From positions 106,750 to 126,749 of IMG/VR virus record IMGVR_UViG_3300042691_036566: 20,000 bases of DNA. One strand, written 5' to 3'. This DNA comes from an uncultured virus (IMG/VR IMGVR_UViG_3300042691_036566) (Duplodnaviria; Heunggongvirae; Uroviricota; Caudoviricetes). Each line of letters opens with the position of its first letter. The first letter of the stretch is position 1. The notes beneath the pieces are model-generated. The model was given only the letters and a program-made list of their open reading frames with translations, had not been told where the DNA came from and searched no databases. Below, one piece after another: positions 8,733-17,900 of this stretch. The translations under genes were made by a program, and so were the position numbers.

Positions 8733-10538
8733 ATGTCTAAAAGAACGCCAATTATTAGGTATACATCAAGGGATTTTGATAGTATAAAAACTGATTTAGT
8801 TAATTACGCCAAGAAATATTATCCAGATGTTCATCAAGATTTTAATGAGGGATCTTTTGGATCTCTTGTTACTGATATGGTTGCTTATGTTGGAGATGTT
8901 TTATCGTACTACCTAGATTACCAGGCAAATGAATCATTTTTGGCAACAGCGATAGAGTATGGAAATATTTTAAAACTAGGAAAAGCATTAGGATACAGGC
9001 CAAAATTAGCAACTGCAGCATCTGGAATTGTAACAATTTATGTTCCAATTCCAGCCAACTCTTTCGGTACTTCTTATGATAGCAACTATCTCCCAGTTAT
9101 AAAAAAAGGTACTTCTTTTTCTTCCAATAACGGAAATAATTATACATTAATAGATGATGTTGTGATGACAACATCTAATACAGAAATTAGAAAATCAAAA
9201 ATTAATGAAAATAGCCCTTTTCAATTTGTTGCTAAAACATATGGAAAAGTAATTTCTGGTCTAGAGGAAGAAACTACTATTTCAATAGGAGATTTTGAAA
9301 AATTTAAAAAAGTAAAAGTAGGCTTTAATAATATAAGTGAGATATTATCAGTAGTAGATACAAACGGAAATGAGTATTATGAAGTCGATTATCTAACGCA
9401 AAATGTAATTTATAGATCTACTTTAAATCCAGACGCTTCGCAAAGATCTCAGACTCCTTCTCTTTTAAAACCTTATGGAGTTGCAAGAAGGTTTATTGTT
9501 GTACGAGAAGATGATGGTGTTTATATACAATTTGGAGGTGCTAGTGATTCCTCTACAATATTTAATAATAATAAAAAATTAGATCCATCCAATGTTGTAA
9601 TTAATTCTTATGGAAAAGACTACATAACGGATGAAAGTTTTGATCCTTCTATTTTAGTATCAAATGATAAACTAGGAATAGCACCATCGAATACAATAAT
9701 TACCATTAAATATCGAGCAGACGAAACAATTATGATGGCAACCCCATCAAATTCTATAACAAGAGTTGCAAATCCAGTACTGGAATTTCAAGACCAGCAA
9801 AATCTAGATATAGGAATGTTAGCTATAGTAAGAAATGGAATAAGAGTTACAAATGAGTTCCCTATAGTTGGATTTCAAGATGAATTTACATCCGAAGAAA
9901 TAAAAAATAAAATCTATGGTACTTTTTCAGCACAAAACAGAGCAGTAACAACAAGTGATTATGAAGCTTTATGTTATAATATGCCTGGAAAATATGGTGC
10001 AATAAGAAGAGTAAGAGCAATGCAGGGTTATCACGCTGGACAAAAGAAAATTAACCTCTATGTTCTTTCAGAGGATGATGATGGAAATTTAGTGTCTGCT
10101 AATAATTCTACAAAAAATAATTTAAAGAATTGGCTAAATAAGAGTAAAATGATAAATGATAATATAGAAATTTTAGATCCATATGTAGTTAACTTTGGAA
10201 TATATTTTACTGCTATGATAGACAGAAATTATAATAAATACGATGTTTTAGCTAATGGAATTCAAGCTGTTATAAATGAATTTTCTATAAAAATGGACAT
10301 AGGAGAACATTTACATATTGCTAGAGTGTACAATGCATTAAGAAAGGTTGATGGATTAATAGACGTAAGATCTGTAATGATCACAAATAAATTAGATTCA
10401 TCAACCGTATCTTATTCAAACTATTCATTTAATTTTGATGAAAATATGACTAAAGACGGTACATTTATTAGAGTTCCAAAAAATGTTGTAATGGAATTAA
10501 AATACCCAACATCTGACGTTGAAGGAAGAATAATTTAA
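8733..10538 (+). CDS. gp6: Baseplate wedge subunit, T4 gp6 / baseplate J-like, 601 aa
   Basis: N-terminal YTSRDFDSIKTDLVNY...DFNEGSFGS...DMVAYVGDVLSYYLDYQANESFLATA...LGYRP, internal YIQFG, and C-terminal QNRAVTTSDYEAL...PGKYG are all hallmark gp6 motifs. Size and synteny agree. Confidence 0.92.
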   Translation: MSKRTPIIRYTSRDFDSIKTDLVNYAKKYYPDVHQDFNEGSFGSLVTDMVAYVGDVLSYYLDYQANESFLATAIEYGNILKLGKALGYRPKLATAASGIVTIYVPIPANSFGTSYDSNYLPVIKKGTSFSSNNGNNYTLIDDVVMTTSNTEIRKSKINENSPFQFVAKTYGKVISGLEEETTISIGDFEKFKKVKVGFNNISEILSVVDTNGNEYYEVDYLTQNVIYRSTLNPDASQRSQTPSLLKPYGVARRFIVVREDDGVYIQFGGASDSSTIFNNNKKLDPSNVVINSYGKDYITDESFDPSILVSNDKLGIAPSNTIITIKYRADETIMMATPSNSITRVANPVLEFQDQQNLDIGMLAIVRNGIRVTNEFPIVGFQDEFTSEEIKNKIYGTFSAQNRAVTTSDYEALCYNMPGKYGAIRRVRAMQGYHAGQKKINLYVLSEDDDGNLVSANNSTKNNLKNWLNKSKMINDNIEILDPYVVNFGIYFTAMIDRNYNKYDVLANGIQAVINEFSIKMDIGEHLHIARVYNALRKVDGLIDVRSVMITNKLDSSTVSYSNYSFNFDENMTKDGTFIRVPKNVVMELKYPTSDVEGRII

Positions 10539-11962
10539 TGTCTATCAAAAGATATAATGCGGAAGCAGATACTACCATAACAAATGCTTATAAAGAAAAT
10601 CTTGTCTATAGGGCAACTGGCTCAAATATGGGGGCTTCTGATTCTATGGAGGTATTTTCTTTATATGCTCAAGTTACAACCTCTTCTTTAGAATTATCAA
10701 GAGCACTAGTAAGATTCCCAGTATCAGATATTATATCCGATAGAGCTTCTGGAAAAATTCCAGCCTCTGGTAGCGTAAGTTTCTTTTTTAAATTATATAA
10801 CGCACAACATCCATTCAGCCTTCCAAAAGATTATTATCTTTCTGTTTATCCGCTATCTCAATCGTGGGATGAAGGATATGGATTAGATATGGAAAATTAT
10901 TCAGATCCAGGGTTTGGAGTTTATAATGGGTACGGGACTAACTGGATATATGCAAAATCTGGATCTGCATGGGAAGGAACTGGTAGTTCTTTTATAACCC
11001 AAAGTTATGATATAAAACAACACTTTTTAAAAGGAAATGAAGATTTAGAAGTAGATGTAACAAACTTAGTAGAAAATTGGATAAGTGGTACATTAAATAA
11101 TAATGGATTTTTAGTAAAATTATCTGGTTCTTACGAAGATGGAAGTAAGCGAAATAGTTATTATACAAAAAAATTCTTCTCAAGAGGAACTCAATATTTC
11201 TTTAAAAAACCAATAATAGAATGTAGATGGGAAGATGTAGTTAAAGACGATAGGGGATCCTTTTATTCTACAAGCAGTCTTTTAAGTGATTCTGATAATA
11301 CATATAATTTATATTTTTACAATAGATTTAATGGAAAATTAAAAAATATAAATTCCAATCCTAATCTACAAATTAAATTATATTCAGACAGTAATTATAC
11401 AAATCAAGTATCTGTTGTTTCTTCTTCTGTAAGTAATCCTTCTATTGGGGTTTATAAAGCAAGTATTAGAGTGTCTACTACTGCAAGTGCTTTATATGAT
11501 AAATGGCATTTATCTGGTAACCAATCAGTAATATACTTTTCTAGTTCTTTTGATGTTAATCAATATAATGCACAAGATTTTTATTCAAATGAACAATATG
11601 TTTTTTCAATTACCAATATGAAAACTAAATACTCAAGTGGAGAAAATGTTATATTTAGAATATTTAGTAGACTGAAAGATTGGGATCCAAACGTCTATAG
11701 TGTCTCAACAAGAAATATAGAAAATTCTGTTGTTAAAAATCTATTCTATAGAATATATAGAATAGATGATGGACTTGAAATAGTACCATACTCAACTGGC
11801 TCATTAGAATATACAAAAACCTCATATGACACAAATGGAAATTATTTTAATTTTGACATGAATATTTTAGAGCCTGATTATTCTTATGGTTTACAATTAG
11901 CTAGGTGGGATGGAAACGTTTTAGAAGAATATAAGCAAGTATATAAATTTAGGGTTGAATAA
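10538..11962 (+). CDS. Virion structural protein with N-terminal DNRLRE-like (CBM96-like) beta-sandwich domain and beta-rich C-terminal region, 474 aa
   Basis: The pattern ADTTI...NMG...SRALVRFPVS...KLY...VYPLSQSWDEG...NW...W...DVTNLVENWISG..NNGFLVK...FFSR...P.IE follows the DNRLRE domain profile. The ATG overlaps the gp6 stop codon (TAATG, 10536-10540). Confidence 0.7.
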   Translation: MSIKRYNAEADTTITNAYKENLVYRATGSNMGASDSMEVFSLYAQVTTSSLELSRALVRFPVSDIISDRASGKIPASGSVSFFFKLYNAQHPFSLPKDYYLSVYPLSQSWDEGYGLDMENYSDPGFGVYNGYGTNWIYAKSGSAWEGTGSSFITQSYDIKQHFLKGNEDLEVDVTNLVENWISGTLNNNGFLVKLSGSYEDGSKRNSYYTKKFFSRGTQYFFKKPIIECRWEDVVKDDRGSFYSTSSLLSDSDNTYNLYFYNRFNGKLKNINSNPNLQIKLYSDSNYTNQVSVVSSSVSNPSIGVYKASIRVSTTASALYDKWHLSGNQSVIYFSSSFDVNQYNAQDFYSNEQYVFSITNMKTKYSSGENVIFRIFSRLKDWDPNVYSVSTRNIENSVVKNLFYRIYRIDDGLEIVPYSTGSLEYTKTSYDTNGNYFNFDMNILEPDYSYGLQLARWDGNVLEEYKQVYKFRVE

Positions 11963-11964
11963 AA

Positions 11965-14900
11965 ATGAATCTAAAAGACTTATTAGAATTAAATAACAGC
12001 ACTCAAAAAGAATCATTAGATAGTATAAATGAAAAACTCGGCTCTAAGGAATACATGGAGCAAGCAGTTACTGAGAGGGAAAGAACCTACTATCCAGTAG
12101 ACTACTCAACTGCTAGTTATTTTGCAAGGTATGGATCTGCAGAAAAATATTATACAGATTCTATTAATAATATTTATTTAACTTATCCATATGATGGATC
12201 TAAAAAAGAAAGACAAGAGTGGAGAAATAATGCAACTGATCTAGATTTGCATATTTTAGACAATTCTTATCCAAAAACAACTGGCTTTATTAATTTAGGT
12301 TCTTCATCTTGGAATTCTTACTATGTTTCTTCCACCACAACATCAAGACCTCAATATATAATATTTTATGGAAACTATAACTCTAGTTCTATTTTTACAA
12401 AAGCCGATAAAACGGAATCAGACATTAATTATAATCTTAATTTAGATGGTAGAAGAGGCAATACTATTGAATTTTGGTTTAAAAGAAATGGATCCCCAAG
12501 CAATATTCAAAGAGTATTTGATTTTTGGAATAATGTAACCGCTTCTAGTAGTGATTATGGAAGATTTGCTGGCTACTTTCAGGACAGTAATTTAGTTCTT
12601 ACTTATAGATCTGGTTCATATGGATATGTTAATAGTGTTAAAACAATTTCTTCCGTAACTACACAGATAGATAGTTGGCATCATTACGCTATTTCAGTTA
12701 TAAATAGCGGATCCAACTTAGTTACAAAAGTTTACTTAGATGGAGTATTAGTATCAACAAGTGCTTCAGCAGGACAAACTACAAATGGATTTTTATCATC
12801 TTCTTATAATATTACAGGTGTTCTGGGAAGTGGTATGTTATCTACACTTGGACTAACACAGGGTCCAACTTTATATTCTGTATATGGCTCATTTGATGAA
12901 TTTAGATTCTGGAATGAGGAAAGAGATGAATCTGACATTAGATTAAACATGTATTCTCATGTCGGAGGCGGTGTTAACAATGATGAAAATAATCAAAACT
13001 TAGGAGTTTACTATAAATTTAATGAAGGCACTACAGGAACTTCTAGTATAGATTCAATATGTTTGGATTACTCAGGACATATCTGCAATGGAACAATAGT
13101 AAATTATTTTAATTCTTCTGATAGATCAACTGGTTCAGCTATGGAATTAGCTAATCCAAGCATTACTGAACCAAAAGATCCAATTATTTATGCAAATCAC
13201 TCTGATGTTGTAAACTTATACTCTCTATATGAAACCACTGGTAGTGAGTATGATGAAAATAATCCAAATATGCTTATAAATACAATTCCTTCTTGGATTG
13301 TTGAAGAAGAGCAAAGAGAAGGACGAGATGAAATTAAAAATTTGATGCAAATTATTGGAAGTTATTTTGATAATTTGCATGTACAAATAGATAAATTAAA
13401 AACTCTTGGATATTCAGAATATCCTTCATTTGGAAGTGAAAAAGCACTACCTTTCTACGATAAAATTTTAACTTCATATGATTTCGATGTGTCGGATATT
13501 CTTTCAGACACCTCTTTATATGAATTATTGGATTCAAAAAATAAAAACTTAAATTTTGATGAAAAAGTACATGAAGTAAAAAATCAAATACTAAGAAATA
13601 TATACAATAATTTAATTTATTTATATAAATCTAAGGGAACATCAAAATCAATAAGAAATCTTCTAAGAACTTTTGGAATCGATGAAAAAATAGTAAAACC
13701 TAATATATATGCAAATAATTCAGAGTATTTGATAGAAGATAATTTGGAGCAAGAAACATATACAAGAAGATATGTTAATTTTAATAATACTTCAAGTTTC
13801 TCAGCTACTGTATTTCAATCAGCTTCTGTGTTTGGACAATCAGATGAAAGAGGATATCTAAGAATTTCTTCTTCTTTAAATAATTTTGAATTAGTGCCAA
13901 ATACAATAGAAGCAGAAATATTTCTTCCTAAAAAATTTGAAGATGACTCACCTCAATATTTTGAGTTTGGATACCTAACATCTTCTATATATGGTGTGTA
14001 TCAAGCAGCTTCAGATGAAAGAGATCTTTCATTTCAATCCCCAGACAATTTTAATTTTCAAGTCTATGCTGTAAAAACTTCATATGAGAGTCCTCATATA
14101 AGATTTGTTTTAAGTTCTTCTGCTTTTGGAGGAAAATACTTAGAATCGCCAATCATATATAATGCCTATAATGATGAAAGATGGAATTTAGCTGTTAGAA
14201 TATTGCATCCAAAATATGAATTAGCTGACATTTCTTTTGCTTCAGCCAGTGAAGATTATAGATTAGAATTTTATGGCGTAAATACGGTTGCCGGCGATAT
14301 AGTAAATTCTTTCTCTAGCTCCACAACAATAACTAACGCGACAGCAGTTTCTGCATTAAAAAACTTTAGAAGGTTATATGTTGGAGCAAATAGACAAAAC
14401 TTTACAGGATCAGTTATAAATTATTCTGATGTTGGAGTGTTTTCTGTTAAGTATTGGCTAAATTACTTAGATAACACACAGATAAATAACCATGCATTAA
14501 ACCCTGATCTTTATGGAATAAAAGATCCTGATGCCATAGCTTATAAAGGAATCAATTCCCTAAGAACATTGAATATTACTAATTTGGATACATTAGTTCT
14601 TCATTGGAATTTTGATAATATTACAGGATCTAATTCTGGTGGTAATTTCTACTCATACGATTTATCTTCTGGTAGTTTAAACGATAGAAGATATGGTGAT
14701 TATAGTCAAAACTTATTTAAAAAACATAGTGCGAGGGGATACGGATTCCCATCTAGTAATTCAGAAGTCGGTAAATCATATTATCTTTCATCAAATAAAA
14801 GTAAGCTACCAGAAATAATTTCTGGTGATGATATGATTCAAATAGTAAGCAATGAAACTATTAGAACAAATAAAGATGTTAAGACAACTGATTATCAGAT

Positions 14901-17900
14901 GATTTTTGAAAAAAGCATGTATCAAACAATTTCAGAAGATGCTATAAAATTATTCTCTTCTGTAAATGATTTAAATACAATAATTGGTCACAAAATAAAT
15001 AACTATTCAGATAACTATAAACAATTAGAATATTTTAGAACTCTATATTTTAACAAACTAGGTTCTACACCAGATCTAGAAAAATATATAGAATTCTATA
15101 AATGGATAGATTCTTCTATAATAGAAATGCTATCAAGACTAGTTCCAGCTTCAGCACAATCTAATAACTTTATATCAAATACAATAGAAAGCCATGTGAT
15201 GGAAAGAAATAAAATCCGTCAATCTAGAGCTTTTTCTATGATAAGCAATCCTCCACAAAAAAGCATATTTATTTCTAGTCCAACATCTATCACAACAACA
15301 AATATTAATTATAGCGATATTAAACCACCTTCTTCTCCTTCTGGAAAAACATGGGCAAAACAAAGAGCGAATAGAGTGACCGATGTTTCCTCTTCGAGTG
15401 GAGTTTTAGAAGTTGATGCAGATAGAGAACAGATCAGAAAGGCTTCATATCATAAGAATATAAATACAATTTATAACGCATTTGATAAAAATTTAAATAT
15501 AGCTTATAACAATTATGAAGATAAAGTTAGATTATTTTCAAATGCATTATCAGTGGTTTCAAGTGTTCATGACTTAAAACCAATGAATAAGTATAAATTT
15601 ATAAAGAGTCTATATGCACAGGGAAATAATTTTAATATAATCTTCTCAGCCAGTGTCAATGAATCAACTGAAGATTTATCGCTATTGAAGCAAAAATTGT
15701 ATACTTCAATAAGTGGGAATCTGGATGATCTATTTTCTTTAAACTCTGAAGGCATTTTACCTTTCAGTGTATTTAAAAATACATCAAATAATACAAATTA
15801 TATTACTAATAACTTTTCTGATGCCTATACAGAAACAAGAGAAATTGGTTTACAAGGACCATTTACCGATGCACATGTAGGCGGGAACTCTCATAGACAT
15901 AATTCTATTAATCAAACTTTAGATAGAAAAGAATTATATCTGACAGATGGATCTTCTTCTGTAGCACCAGCTGCATCGATTAATGGATTGTTATACAGAA
16001 ATACAAGAATTAAAAGTCCGGTGAATATAAGAAATATTCAACATAATATTTCTAAAGAAGAACTTGGTAATTATAGTAAAGGATATGAAGTATTATCTTT
16101 AAATAGCAGATATGATACAAACACTGAATTGATTAACAGTGGAGCCATGAACTATTCTTCTACTGCAAGTTCTAATAGTATATTTAGAGAAAAACAATTA
16201 AGAGAAAGAAAAGCAAATTCAACAGTTATAGTTAATAGATTCTCAACCCCTGGTGCAGAAACAAATGCAAGAGGAGCATTAGACGAAGATAGTGAAGAGT
16301 ATAGTGTATATAACTCAATAAATAATAGAAACCAAAAAGTAAGAAAATATTTAAATGCTTGGCATTCAAATACTTCTAGTATTGATTCAAATTTTCCTTC
16401 TTTACACAAGGTAAATAAAAATGCTCTTTATCAAGCAGTTTTATCAGGTACTTCAACAACCATAACCACTCAAGGAGTAGAATACGATAATCAATTTGTC
16501 CAGCACCAAATTCCTAGATCTGATAGAAATTATAGCTGGATTACAGCTTCTGTAACTGGTAATTTAGGGATTGGTGGTTATATAAACAGCCAAGCATCAT
16601 CTAGTTTAGCCAACTATATAACTTTCTTAACAGGTGTCAATGAAACAATAGAGTCTATTTATGTAAAAAATAGAGATTCAATAGTTCAATATGGCCTAGA
16701 GATATATTTTAAACCAGATGGAAAAAGACTTTATGCTACTGCTGGCGGTGTGGCTGCAAATTCTACATTATGGCAATATGATCTTCAATATGCTTGGGAT
16801 ATAACAAGTATTATATCTACTGGGTCTATTAACATTGGAACTCTTTTAGGTGGAAGTGCTGCTGGTATATATCCTCAAGGAATTTGGATTAATCCCAATG
16901 GAAGAGAAATTTTTATACTAGATGAATACAACTCAAGAATAACAAAATCTTCTACTTTAGCAGCTGCAGATGCTTGGAACTTTTTAAAATTATCTACAGT
17001 TGCAGCACAAACGCTAGTTACTGGTTCTAACATGGGTAAGGGATTAGAGTTTAAACCAGATGGTACAAAGATGTACATAGCTAACAATGTAGATAAAAAA
17101 ATATATCAATTTTCTTTAGCTACTCCGTTTACAATTAATGCTGGTGTTACTCGCGATAGCGCAGAAATTCATACATCTAGTAGTTTTGCAACAAGTCTTA
17201 CTGGATGTGCTGTTTTAATGGGAAATCCTGACTCAATTAGATTTTCTTCTGATGGAACAAAATTATATGTCAGTTCTGACGTTCAAGACGACGATCCATT
17301 GTTGTTACCAGACGGATTATATGAATTTACTCTTTCAACTGCTTGGGATATATCATCCGCAAGACTTACAAATAGAATAATTCAATATTCCAGCTTCACT
17401 AATTATGATATGACAGCAGCTGGTTTATATGTTAGAGATACAAGCGGTACATTAGAAAATATCAGTTTCTATGTATATGATTTCCTTAATTCTCCGCCGA
17501 ACATTTATAATGTAATCAAAAAAGTAGAACCAGTATCAGTAAGCAATATCTTTATGGGAAATACTAAAACATATGATAGATCATCTAATCTTGTATATTT
17601 AAATAATGAAGCATTAACTGATTTAAGCGGACCTAATAGAAATCCATATAGAGAATTTTTGTTAAATAATAACTCAGTTTATAGATATCCTTCTTGGAAA
17701 CAGATAAGAAATAACGATAACAATTTAGTTAGATTAAACAAAAAAGAAAATATTATAACAGTTCAAGATAATGAAATATCTACACAGGATAGACAATCAA
17801 GTGGGTTTTTGAATACATTTAGCTCGTACAAAGAACCGCCTGTGCAGTATAACTATCCTATTAAGCAAGTGATCCTAGATAAAACAAAAAACTCTATTTT

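Noticed and set aside
16708..17352. Short DNA direct repeats considered as CRISPR or DGR template/variable repeats
   Set aside because: They are 12-14 nt, in frame, and correspond to protein propeller repeats. There is no regular spacer structure, no long adenine-mismatched repeat pair and no reverse transcriptase in view.
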